Shown here in pieces: positions 1 through 8,374 of a stretch of 16,589 nt of DNA. Positions within the stretch are counted from its first letter, which is position 1, and each line of letters opens with the position of its first letter. The position numbers were made by a program, and so were the translations under genes. The stretch is from Chthonomonadales bacterium. Its GTDB lineage: Bacteria > Armatimonadota > Chthonomonadetes > Chthonomonadales > Chthonomonadaceae. The notes under the pieces are model-generated. The model saw only the letters and a program-made list of their open reading frames with translations, did no database searches and was not told the DNA's origin. The stretch spans positions 1-16,589 of the forward strand of contig JBBQPO010000131.1 in assembly GCA_038217285.1 (NCBI GenBank), written 5' to 3'.

Positions 1-2
1 GA

Positions 3-1328
3 GGAGCCGTCACGGTCGACAAGCATCTGCTCGAAGAGATGAAAGACCCGCTGATGCACATGCTCCGCAACGCCATCGATCACGGCATCGAGCCGCCGGA
101 CGAGCGTACACAGCAGGGGAAGCCGCGCACCGCGACGCTGACCCTGCGTGCCTACCGGACGGCGGCCAGGGTCGTCATCGAAATCACGGACGATGGACGC
201 GGGCTGGACGAGGAAGCGATCCGTACCACCGCACAGCGCAAAGGTCTGCGCACGGCGGCCGAAATCGCTCTGTTATCGCTGGAAGAGGTGCAAAGGCTTA
301 TCTTCGCCCCCGGTTTCTCGACCACGCCTCTCATCACCAGTGTGTCCGGGCGCGGGGTGGGCCTCGACGTCGTCCGCACGAACATCGCGCGATTCAAGGG
401 CACAATTACGGTGGAGTCCGTGCCCGGGCGCGGCTGCACCTTCCGCCTGCAGGCGCCCATCACGCTGGCGACCACGCGTGTGCTGCTGGTGCAGGTGGCG
501 CGGAGGAGCTATGCTCTGCCCCTGGAGGCTATCCAGGAAACCTCACTGGTGTCGGCCGAGGAGGTCTTCTCGATGGAGGGTCGCCCCACCATTCGCCGGG
601 ATGGCAGGCCGGTTCCGGTCGCGAATCTGGCCGACCTGCTGGGGCTGCCGTCCGCACTGCCGGAAGGCCCCAGGGGCAGAGAAAGCCAGGCGTCCGATTC
701 GCCGGGGAGCCGGCCACTGCCATGCATTCTCCTCGCCATCGGTACGGAGCGGCTGGGACTGTTCGTGGAGGCTCTGCTGGATGAGCAGGAGGTGATTCTC
801 AAACCCTTCGGCGGCCTGCTCCAACGCGTGCGCAACGTTTTCGGCGCGACGATTCTGAGCACGGGCGAGATCTGCATGGTGCTGAATGCGCAGGATCTGA
901 TCCAGAGCGCACAAAAAGGACGAACGGAGCGAAAGAAAGCAAAGCCGGGTGCGGAAGCGGAGCGCAAAAAGGTTCTCCTGCTCGCGGAGGACTCGATCAC
1001 GACAAGGACGCAGGAGAAACGCATTTTGGAAAGCGCCGGCTACGAGGTCGTCACCGCCGTCGATGGCGCGGATGCGTTCGCCAAATTGGGAACCCGGCTC
1101 TTCGACGCCGTCGTTTCGGATGTCGAGATGCCCAACATGGACGGCCTGACACTGGCGGCCCGTATCCGCCAGGACGTGAAATATAAGGAAATGCCCATCA
1201 TTCTCGTCACCTCGCTGGCGTCGCCCGAAGACCGTCGGCGCGGCATCGAGGTGGGCGCCAACGCCTATATCCCCAAAGGCACATTCGAGCAGACTGTGCT
1301 GCTGGAGACGTTGAGAAGGCTGGTATAG
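3..1328 (+). CDS. cheA: CheA-type hybrid chemosensory histidine kinase (HATPase-CheW-REC; WspE/FrzE-like), 5'-truncated by window edge
   Basis: Frame is open from position 3 (GAVTVDKHLLEEMKDPLMHMLRNAIDHGIE), so ATG 39 is internal. N-box RNAIDHG, G1 DDGRG, F-box FAPGFST, G2 SGRGVGLDVV, a CheW-like domain, and a C-terminal receiver (LLAEDS...VSDVEMP...VTS...IPK). Confidence 0.95.
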   Translation, partial: GAVTVDKHLLEEMKDPLMHMLRNAIDHGIEPPDERTQQGKPRTATLTLRAYRTAARVVIEITDDGRGLDEEAIRTTAQRKGLRTAAEIALLSLEEVQRLIFAPGFSTTPLITSVSGRGVGLDVVRTNIARFKGTITVESVPGRGCTFRLQAPITLATTRVLLVQVARRSYALPLEAIQETSLVSAEEVFSMEGRPTIRRDGRPVPVANLADLLGLPSALPEGPRGRESQASDSPGSRPLPCILLAIGTERLGLFVEALLDEQEVILKPFGGLLQRVRNVFGATILSTGEICMVLNAQDLIQSAQKGRTERKKAKPGAEAERKKVLLLAEDSITTRTQEKRILESAGYEVVTAVDGADAFAKLGTRLFDAVVSDVEMPNMDGLTLAARIRQDVKYKEMPIILVTSLASPEDRRRGIEVGANAYIPKGTFEQTVLLETLRRLV

Positions 1329-2414
1329 ATGTCGCAAAAACCGATCCGCGTGCTTCTGGTAGACGACTCTCCGCTCGCACTGGTCGTGCTTCAGCGGATG
1401 CTGGCGACCTCGTCGGAGATCGAGGTGGTCGGCACGGCGACGAATGGCCGCGAAGCGCTGGAGTTGATTCCCTCTCTGCAGCCGGCGCTGATCTGCACCG
1501 ACTACCACATGCCGGAAATGAACGGCCTGGAACTCACCCGGCAGGTGATGGCCCGGTTCCCACGTCCGATACTGGTAATCAGCTCCGCCGTCGGTGAGGC
1601 CGACACCGAGCGGGTTTTTGCCCTCCTCGAAGCCGGAGCCGTGGACGTATTTCCCAAACCGCGGGGCGGGCCGGAGGCGGGCGCTCTTGCCGCCGAGCAG
1701 CTCATCAAAAAGATGAAGATCGTGGCAGGCGTGTGGGTCTGGGGGAGGCCATCCAAAGAGGCAACGGCACGGACCACTCTGTCGCTTCCACGCCCCACCC
1801 CGGTTCCGGCGCGCGAGGCTCGGCCACCGCAGATCATCGCGATAGGAGCCTCCACCGGCGGTCCTCCGGCGCTGCAGACGATCTTATCGGCGTTGCCTTC
1901 CCACTTTCCGCTGCCCATCCTCTGTGTGCAGCATATCAGCGCCGGCTTTTTGCCGGGACTGGTGACATGGCTGGCGGCGCACTGTAAGGTGAAGATCCAG
2001 GTCGCGCTCTCCGGCGAATTTCCCCGTCCCGGACACGTCTATTTCCCCCCGGAGAACACGCATCTGGTCGTAGATGGCAAAGGCCGACTGCTGGCCTCGG
2101 CCGAGCCTGCGGTCGGCGGGCATCGCCCTTCGGTCACCGCGACTTTCCGCTCGGTAGCCGCCTACTACGGCGATGCGGGCATGGGTGTGCTGCTGACCGG
2201 TATGGGGCGCGACGGCGGCGAAGGCATGCTGGCGCTTGCCCAGGCCGGTGCGCCGACGATCGCGCAGGACGAGGCGACCTGCGTGGTATTCGGAATGCCC
2301 CGAGACGCTATCGAGCGCGGTGCAGCCCGCACCGTGCTGCCCCTGGGCGACATAGCGCGCGCGCTCATCGAGGCCGCAGGCCGCCCGTCGCGCACCCCTG
2401 GAGAGATAAAATAG
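1329..2414 (+). CDS. cheB: Chemotaxis protein-glutamate methylesterase/response regulator CheB
   Basis: N-terminal REC (VDDS...CTDYHMP...FPKP). Methylesterase triad motifs GASTGG, VQHI and LTGMGRDG, plus AQDEATCVVFGMP. ATG directly abuts the cheA TAG. Confidence 0.96.
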   Translation: MSQKPIRVLLVDDSPLALVVLQRMLATSSEIEVVGTATNGREALELIPSLQPALICTDYHMPEMNGLELTRQVMARFPRPILVISSAVGEADTERVFALLEAGAVDVFPKPRGGPEAGALAAEQLIKKMKIVAGVWVWGRPSKEATARTTLSLPRPTPVPAREARPPQIIAIGASTGGPPALQTILSALPSHFPLPILCVQHISAGFLPGLVTWLAAHCKVKIQVALSGEFPRPGHVYFPPENTHLVVDGKGRLLASAEPAVGGHRPSVTATFRSVAAYYGDAGMGVLLTGMGRDGGEGMLALAQAGAPTIAQDEATCVVFGMPRDAIERGAARTVLPLGDIARALIEAAGRPSRTPGEIK

Positions 2415-2431
2415 CATGGAAAATAGCATGG
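2408..2431 (+). repeat. Perfect 12-bp tandem duplication AAAATAGCATGG x2 at the cheB/kinase junction
   Basis: 2408-2419 and 2420-2431 are identical. The first copy contains the cheB stop; both copies contain an in-frame ATG. Confidence 0.9.
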
Positions 2432-4017
2432 CCGGTAAGAAGGTTTTAGCCGCAGACGACAGCCCGGTGGCGCGCGCCCTGCTCTCTCGCCTCTTGAAGG
2501 GCGCAGGCTATCAGGTCGTCACGGCCGCCGACGGGATCGAGGCCGCCCAGCAGGCATACAGCGAGTCGCCGGATCTGATTATTCTCGATATCACCATGCC
2601 GCGCATGAACGGCTATCAGGTCTGCCGCCTGCTCAAGCGGGATCCGGCAGTCGCCCATATCCCGGTGATTATTCTCACCGGTGCAGACAGTCGTGGCACT
2701 GAGTTCTGGAGCCTGCGCACCGGCGCGGACGCGTTTATGATCAAAAGCGCAGAACCCGTTGACCTGCTCACGACGGTCGAACAGTTGCTGGCACAGTCCG
2801 CTTCGCGCTCCGACGAGCCTGTCGGATCTCTCCCGGCTTCGCCGGGGAGAATGACGCCGGGGCCGGAAGAGATCCTGTCGAACGTCTGCGCGCTGATGGA
2901 TGAGGAGCTGTACGCCACGACCATCGAGCGCATCGAGTTGAAAACGATCCTGCAGAACCTGCAGGACGGCGTTTTGACACTCGATCTGGGACGGAAGGCG
3001 ACCGCCGCGAATCGAGCCCTGTGCCAGATGTTGGGCAAGGAGGAGAGGGATCTGCTGGGCCGGCCGTGCGCTGAATCGCTGGGGGAGCCCGCGGGAGCAG
3101 GCACACTGGCGGCGTTCGAAGCGGCGCTTCGCGGCGATGGGGGAGGAGAGCAGGACTCGGAGATCCGGCATCTCTCCGGACATAGAACGCCTGTGGCTAT
3201 CAGCGCCGTGCTCCTGCGTGATTTTCTGGGCGCCACGGTGGGAGGCGTCTGTCTGTTCCAGGACATCACACGGCGCAAGGACATCGAGGCGCTCTACGAG
3301 CAGATGCGCGCCCTCGCCAAGGCCAAAAACGATCTGACGCACATGATCGTGCACGACCTGCGGACGCCTCTGAGCTCGGTCATCGGGGGGATGCAGACGC
3401 TGGAAGCCATTAGTGAGCTGGACGAGGCCCAGCAAGAGATGGTCAGCATCGCGATAACCGGTGGGGAGCGACTTCTCGGCATGATCAACAGCCTGCTGGA
3501 CGTGGAGAAGATGGAGAGCGGTGAAATGCAGTTGAACTACGCTGCGCTCTCTGCGGGTGCGCTCATCACAGCCGCCGTCAGTCAGGTGGTCTCCCTGGTC
3601 GAAAACAGCGGCCTGACACTTATTCCTCAGGTCGAGCCGGATCTGCCCCTGTTTCAGGGCGATGCGGACAAACTGTCTCGTACTCTCGTCAATCTGCTCG
3701 GCAATGCCATCAAGTTCACTCCGGCCGGCGGCACCGTAACCGTCGCGGTGCAGCGTGAAGAGGAAGCCCGATCCCTGCTGTTCTCTGTCCGCGACACGGG
3801 CGAAGGTATCCCACCCGAAGCGTTCGGCCGTATCTTCGAAAAATTCGGCCAGGTGGAATCGCGGGAACGGGGGCGCACCCAGAGTACAGGGCTGGGCCTG
3901 ACCTTCTGCAAACTGGCTGTCGAAGCACATGGCGGCAGCATTCGGGTGGACAGCGTTCCGGGGGAAGGCAGCACCTTCTCCTTCACGATCCCGCTTTCGG
4001 CTGTGGCCTCCGCCTGA
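2416..4017 (+). CDS. Cytoplasmic REC-PAS-HisKA-HATPase hybrid histidine kinase (alternative start 2428)
   Basis: REC (AADDS, ILDITMP, MIKS), PAS (LQDGVLTLD...ANRA...FQDIT), H-box VHDLRTPL, NLLGNAIKF, DTGEGI, GLGL, G3 PGEGSTF. No TM segment seen. Confidence 0.93.
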   Translation: MENSMAGKKVLAADDSPVARALLSRLLKGAGYQVVTAADGIEAAQQAYSESPDLIILDITMPRMNGYQVCRLLKRDPAVAHIPVIILTGADSRGTEFWSLRTGADAFMIKSAEPVDLLTTVEQLLAQSASRSDEPVGSLPASPGRMTPGPEEILSNVCALMDEELYATTIERIELKTILQNLQDGVLTLDLGRKATAANRALCQMLGKEERDLLGRPCAESLGEPAGAGTLAAFEAALRGDGGGEQDSEIRHLSGHRTPVAISAVLLRDFLGATVGGVCLFQDITRRKDIEALYEQMRALAKAKNDLTHMIVHDLRTPLSSVIGGMQTLEAISELDEAQQEMVSIAITGGERLLGMINSLLDVEKMESGEMQLNYAALSAGALITAAVSQVVSLVENSGLTLIPQVEPDLPLFQGDADKLSRTLVNLLGNAIKFTPAGGTVTVAVQREEEARSLLFSVRDTGEGIPPEAFGRIFEKFGQVESRERGRTQSTGLGLTFCKLAVEAHGGSIRVDSVPGEGSTFSFTIPLSAVASA

Positions 4018-4032
4018 TCCCACCGAGCGGCG

Positions 4033-4731
4033 CTATTTCAGATCCTGGCCCCGCACGATCTCTTTGGCCACCGACCAACTATAGTCGTGATCCGGCTCGG
4101 AGGCGCTGCGATAGGTGCTGATCACCGACCAGCGGTCCTGACCGGAGATATTCGGGAAGGAGGCGTGCAGGGTGAGGTCGTGGAACAGGATAGCATCGCC
4201 GGGCGCACAGGGCAGCGTCACCGCCTTGCTCTCATCCACCGCTTCCGGGCGGAGGCGATGGCCGAACCCTTCGCCCACTCTCGCGACCCCATCGTGGACG
4301 ACCGCCTGCTTATGGCTGCCGGGCAGCATCTTGAGACAGCCGTTTTCGGGGGTCGCCGCGTCGAGGGCGATCCAGACGGAGATTTTGTGCAGCCCCTCCC
4401 AGTACGGCCAGTCCTGGTGCCAGGGGGAGCCTGCGGTCGTGGTCGCCGACTTCAGCACGACCTTGTCGCTCAGAAACTCGATGTTGGGGCCGAGAAGAGG
4501 CTCCAGTGCGTCCAGTAGGCGCGGATCCCTCGCCAGGCTGCGAAAGAGGGCGCTGTTGGCGGCCAATCCCACGAAAACGCCGGCATGAGCGACGTGCTGC
4601 TCCAACAGACGGCCACACTCCTGTTTGAAGCCAGCCGCCTCCGCCTCCGTAAACATCCCCCGTATTGCAACAAAACCCTGCACTTCAAAATCGCGTTTCA
4701 AGTCGTCCACTGTTTTCCTCCAGACCGCCAT
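4033..4731 (-). CDS. Phytanoyl-CoA dioxygenase (PhyH) family Fe(II)/2-oxoglutarate dioxygenase
   Basis: WHQD (HxD), SVWIALD...ENGCL...PGSH, GDAILFH...LHASFPN..S...R (distal His and 2OG-binding Arg). Confidence 0.9.
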   Translation of the reverse strand: MAVWRKTVDDLKRDFEVQGFVAIRGMFTEAEAAGFKQECGRLLEQHVAHAGVFVGLAANSALFRSLARDPRLLDALEPLLGPNIEFLSDKVVLKSATTTAGSPWHQDWPYWEGLHKISVWIALDAATPENGCLKMLPGSHKQAVVHDGVARVGEGFGHRLRPEAVDESKAVTLPCAPGDAILFHDLTLHASFPNISGQDRWSVISTYRSASEPDHDYSWSVAKEIVRGQDLK

Positions 4732-4850
4732 TGGAAAATCAAAGCCTTCACACAGTTCCTTGTGGTTCGAGCAAGTTCCTGCTATGGGGTGTGCACCCTT
4801 CCCTTGTTCCCCGGCGCGACAATGGGCGATGGATAAGCGTAAGAGAGAGT

Positions 4851-6038
4851 ATGAAAGAGTTACAAGCGATTCTCGATGCCTGCCGAAACGAGAGGGAAGC
4901 AGGCAGGCCGTCTGCCCTTGCCACTGTCGTGAAGGTGGAAGGATCCGCCTATCGTCGCCCTGGAGCGCGGATGCTGATTCGCCCGGACGGCAGTCGGATC
5001 GGGTCGGTGAGCGGGGGCTGCCTGGAAGCCGATGTCGTGCTGCATGCGCAACGGGTTGCGGAGACCGGTGAACCGGCGTATGTCCTGTACGATACGCGGA
5101 TTTCCAATGGCGACGTCCTCGCGGAGTTAGGCTGTAAAGGGGCCGTGGGCGTCCTGATCGAACCTACGGATAGTCCCCACATCCTCAGCTCCCTTCCGTT
5201 TCTCGCGGGCTTTGCTCACGAGCGAGGCGAGGGCGCGCAGGTCACCGTCTTCCGGGTCGAAGGAGAGTGTCCGCTCCACCTGGGAGACCGCCTAATGCAG
5301 CGGGCGCAGGGAGCGATTCAGGGGACGCGGGAGGCTCCCGACCTGACGCCTCTGCTTCTCCCAGGACTCGCGCAGGCGATGCAGAGTGGAAAGGCACAGA
5401 CGAGAACCCTGTCGTTTGCAGCAGGCAGCGCCGAAGTGCTGCTCGAACCGGTCCAGTCGCCTATCTCTCTGTTACTCTTCGGAGCCGGGCAAGACGCGGT
5501 TCCGCTGGCACAGATGGCGAGCCTGTTGGGCTGGCAGGTGACTGTCATGGACCACCGTCAGGCGATGCTGTCGCCGGAGCGATTTCCAGACGCCAGGACT
5601 GTGCTCCTCTCCCAATCTGATCAACGGGAGGGGATTCCCGCGCCGGATGCGCGTACCGCCGCCGTGCTTATAAGTCACAACTATAGTCAGGATCTGGCCT
5701 GGCTTCGGCATCTGCTGCCATCGCCGTTGCGCTACATCGGCCTGCTGGGTCCGCGCAAACGCACCGAGCAGATGCGTGCAGACTTGCAGCGGGGCGGGAC
5801 CGTTCTGAATGCGCAGATGTCGGCACGGCTCTACAGTCCGGCTGGCCTGGATATCGGATCCGAAACGCCGGAGGAGATCGCCCTGGCGATCCTCGCGGAG
5901 ATCCAGGCGGCGATGCAGGATCGCTCGGGGGGGTTCTTGCGGGAGCGCAAAGGTCCGATCCATGCCTCCGCCGAAAGGCCTGCCGACTCCTCACGGCAAT
6001 CCTTCCGACACGGAGCGCGATGTCCTCTCTCGGCATAA
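4851..6038 (+). CDS. xdhC: XdhC/CoxF-family xanthine dehydrogenase accessory (Moco insertion) protein
   Basis: ALATVVKVEGSAYRRPGARM, GSVSGGCLE, LGCKG, FGAGQDAVPL, SHNY, YIGLLGPRKR, PAGLDIGSETPEEIALAILAEI. ATG 4851 follows purine-rich AAGAGAGAG; the ORF-track extension from 4665 overlaps phyH. Confidence 0.92.
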   Translation: MKELQAILDACRNEREAGRPSALATVVKVEGSAYRRPGARMLIRPDGSRIGSVSGGCLEADVVLHAQRVAETGEPAYVLYDTRISNGDVLAELGCKGAVGVLIEPTDSPHILSSLPFLAGFAHERGEGAQVTVFRVEGECPLHLGDRLMQRAQGAIQGTREAPDLTPLLLPGLAQAMQSGKAQTRTLSFAAGSAEVLLEPVQSPISLLLFGAGQDAVPLAQMASLLGWQVTVMDHRQAMLSPERFPDARTVLLSQSDQREGIPAPDARTAAVLISHNYSQDLAWLRHLLPSPLRYIGLLGPRKRTEQMRADLQRGGTVLNAQMSARLYSPAGLDIGSETPEEIALAILAEIQAAMQDRSGGFLRERKGPIHASAERPADSSRQSFRHGARCPLSA

Positions 6039-6616
6039 TCGTCCTGGCGGCGGGCGCGTCCAGACGCCTGGGAACTCCCAAGCAGTTGCTTCTCTATGGC
6101 GGCAAGTCGCTCCTGCGTTGCGCCGCCGAGACGGCGCTGGCCTCCTCCTGTCAGCCTGTCGTTGTGGTCCTCGGCGCGTACAGGCAGTCCCTCGCGTCAG
6201 AACTGGAAGGACTGCCTGTGCGCATCGTAGAAAACAGGGAGTGGGAACAGGGCATGGGCTCCTCGATTCGGGTAGGCATGGAGGCGCTGCTGACCAAGCC
6301 CGCGGCAGAACTGGAGGCGGTCCTCCTAATGCTCTGCGATCAGCCGCAGGTGTCCGCACAGACATTGAACCGTCTTCTGGATGCCCATCGGAGCACAGAC
6401 CACCCTATCGTCGCCTCGGAATACGGTCAGACACTGGGCGTTCCGGCGCTCTTTTCTCGTGCTCTCTTCCCCGAACTCGCTCGGTTGACAGGTGCGGAAG
6501 GGGCGAAGCAGATCATCCAGCGCCATCGAGACCAGGCGATAGGCGTTCCCTGCCCGGAGGGTCTGGTGGATATAGACACTCCGGACGACTACGCGAGGCT
6601 GCGTGAGGAGCCATAA
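6020..6616 (+). CDS. mocA: MocA/YgfJ-like molybdenum cofactor cytidylyltransferase (NTP_transf_3)
   Basis: LAAGASRRLGTPKQLL, WEQGMGSSI, LCDQP, GVPALF, DIDTPDDY. Overlaps xdhC by 19 nt, a typical pairing. Confidence 0.85.
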   Translation: MSSLGIIVLAAGASRRLGTPKQLLLYGGKSLLRCAAETALASSCQPVVVVLGAYRQSLASELEGLPVRIVENREWEQGMGSSIRVGMEALLTKPAAELEAVLLMLCDQPQVSAQTLNRLLDAHRSTDHPIVASEYGQTLGVPALFSRALFPELARLTGAEGAKQIIQRHRDQAIGVPCPEGLVDIDTPDDYARLREEP

Positions 6617-6635
6617 ACGCCCCGATTCGCTGATG

Positions 6636-6669
6636 GACAGAACGGAGCCATCGCTCGTTCAGTCTTTGT
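6636..6669 (+). terminator. Possible weak intrinsic terminator after mocA
   Basis: GAC-A-GAAC-G-GAGC-catc-GCTC-GTTC-A-GTC hairpin followed by TTTGT. The U-tract is short. Confidence 0.35.
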
Positions 6670-6786
6670 CGGCTTTCGCGTCCGTACTGCCTGCGTGCCC
6701 CGTCGCCCCGTTAAAGAACACCCCGAACGAATCTCTAACTTTCGATGCAGACAGGGAAATGGCTCCTCGATGTAGAAACAGCCGCC

Positions 6787-7674
6787 ATGACAACAACCAT
6801 TCCTCCGGCTACCGAAAACCCCTCCAGTCCTTGGCCGCTCTTTCCAAAGTTCTGGCTGTGGATGGCTCTCAATCTTCTGACAGTCACGTACTATCTCCTG
6901 TCTCTCCCCTTGCACGGTGAGGGCATAATCCTACTGCTGGGTCTGGCCGGGTTCTGGACGGGAATTATCGCGGTATTCTGGCGGTATCCCTGGCTTCGGC
7001 TGATCCCCGTGGTGATGGCGCTGCTCTCTTTTTATCCTATTCGCACGGGAACGACACGTCTGTTGCTGCTCTTCGGGCTGGCAGCCCTCTGGATAGCGGC
7101 TGCCGTGGTATTCCGGCAGCGTCGGGGCGTCTTGATAACCCTGATGGCAGGGGCAGGACTGGTGGCCGGCTTTGCGCTTCTGCCTGGGCGAACGCTGGAC
7201 GCCACCTCGCTTCGCGCAGAGTATGTGCGGTCTCTGGAGGATTTTCAGGGAACCGCCTATGTGTGGGGCGGCGAAAACAGCCTGGGAATCGACTGCTCCG
7301 GACTCATACGCTGTGGCTGGATCGACGCGAATCTCCGTACGGGGCTGCGAACCCTGAATCCCGGCCCGGTGCGTCAGGCGGCGCGCATCTGGTGGCAGGA
7401 CTGTTCGGCAGAGGAACTGGGCCAGGGTTACCGCGGCAGAACGCATCTCCTCCTGACGACGCCTTCCCTCAACCGACTGGACTATCGCCAGATCCAGTCC
7501 GGGGATGTCGCCGTGACGCAGAGCGGCGCCCATACTCTGGCCTACCTGGGCAATCACACGTGGATCGAGGCGGACCCCCTCGCCGGGGCCGTCATCATGC
7601 TGCGGGCTCCAGTGGCGAAAAATCCCTGGTTCGAAGAGCCGATGAAAATCATGCGTTGGCGCGCGGAGGAGTAG
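6787..7674 (+). CDS. Polytopic membrane protein with C-terminal NlpC/P60 (C40) cysteine hydrolase domain
   Basis: About 5 hydrophobic segments, then YVWGGENSLGIDCSGL (catalytic Cys), GDVAV...GAHTLAYLG (His) and WIEA (Glu). Start uncertain (6745 or 6787). Confidence 0.8.
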   Translation: MTTTIPPATENPSSPWPLFPKFWLWMALNLLTVTYYLLSLPLHGEGIILLLGLAGFWTGIIAVFWRYPWLRLIPVVMALLSFYPIRTGTTRLLLLFGLAALWIAAAVVFRQRRGVLITLMAGAGLVAGFALLPGRTLDATSLRAEYVRSLEDFQGTAYVWGGENSLGIDCSGLIRCGWIDANLRTGLRTLNPGPVRQAARIWWQDCSAEELGQGYRGRTHLLLTTPSLNRLDYRQIQSGDVAVTQSGAHTLAYLGNHTWIEADPLAGAVIMLRAPVAKNPWFEEPMKIMRWRAEE

Positions 7675-7716
7675 AATCGGGTTCGGCTCGCCGCACGAAA
7701 CGCGGTCGCGGCTGCC

Positions 7717-8367
7717 CTAAAGCGTAACCAGACCGCGCCGCGCGCCCTGCGTGACGGCTTCCGTGCGGCTGTTGGAGTTCAGCTTCGCCAGGATCGAGGC
7801 GACGTGGAATTTCACCGTGTGGAGGCTGATCGAGAGGCGAGCGGCGATATTTTTGTTCGGCAGACCTTGGGCCATGAGCTGAATGACCTCGCGCTCGCGC
7901 GGTGTAAGTGTCTCGTCGGGCAGCAGGCTCTCTTCCGGCAGAGGCGCGAAAGGCAGAGGCGGGCAGAATGCCGGCGCAAGCATCCTGTCCAGGACGACCA
8001 GCCCGGCAGCGACCGCGTGCACGGCTCCGGCTATCTCCTCGCCATCCGCCTCTTTGCGCAGATAGGCCCAGCCCGACAGATCGCCGGCAGCCAGTTCGCG
8101 GTATCCCAATTCGCCATCGCCAAGCACGACGAGCGCCGTACCGTGCTCCGCTGCCGCCGCAACGACTTCCGGACCGTCGGTCGGCGTATAGTCGCACAGC
8201 ACGACAGCGGCGGGCGCTTCCTCAAAAATGCCCGCCATGTCGCCGCTGCCTCCCACCTCCCCTACGACCCGAAAGTCCGCAGACTCGGCCAGCAGAGTCC
8301 GCAGCCCCGCGCGAACCGACGAATAGGGTGCTACAATCAGAACATCGATCACGTCTACGCCTTTCAT
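7717..8367 (-). CDS. NarL/LuxR-family response regulator with atypical receiver domain
   Basis: C-terminal LTPREREVIQLMAQGLPNKNIAARLSISLHTVKFHVASILAKL (GerE/LuxR HTH) and a receiver-like N-terminus. Alternative GTG start at 8352. Confidence 0.92.
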   Translation of the reverse strand: MKGVDVIDVLIVAPYSSVRAGLRTLLAESADFRVVGEVGGSGDMAGIFEEAPAAVVLCDYTPTDGPEVVAAAAEHGTALVVLGDGELGYRELAAGDLSGWAYLRKEADGEEIAGAVHAVAAGLVVLDRMLAPAFCPPLPFAPLPEESLLPDETLTPREREVIQLMAQGLPNKNIAARLSISLHTVKFHVASILAKLNSNSRTEAVTQGARRGLVTL

Positions 8368-8374
8368 TTATTTT

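Noticed and set aside
2446..4023. 525-aa antisense ORF, and similar long shadow ORFs (543-1508, 8411-9481, 11086-12051, 12331-13593, 12669-13787)
   Set aside because: They lie over well-supported genes and have no recognisable motifs. Long stop-free alternative frames are expected from high-GC codon bias.
4665..4850. N-terminal extension of xdhC in the ORF track
   Set aside because: It overlaps the divergent phyH start; family similarity begins at ATG 4851.
6603..6920. 105-aa ORF between mocA and the NlpC/P60 gene
   Set aside because: Overlaps both neighbours, has S/P-rich non-coding-like composition and no motif.
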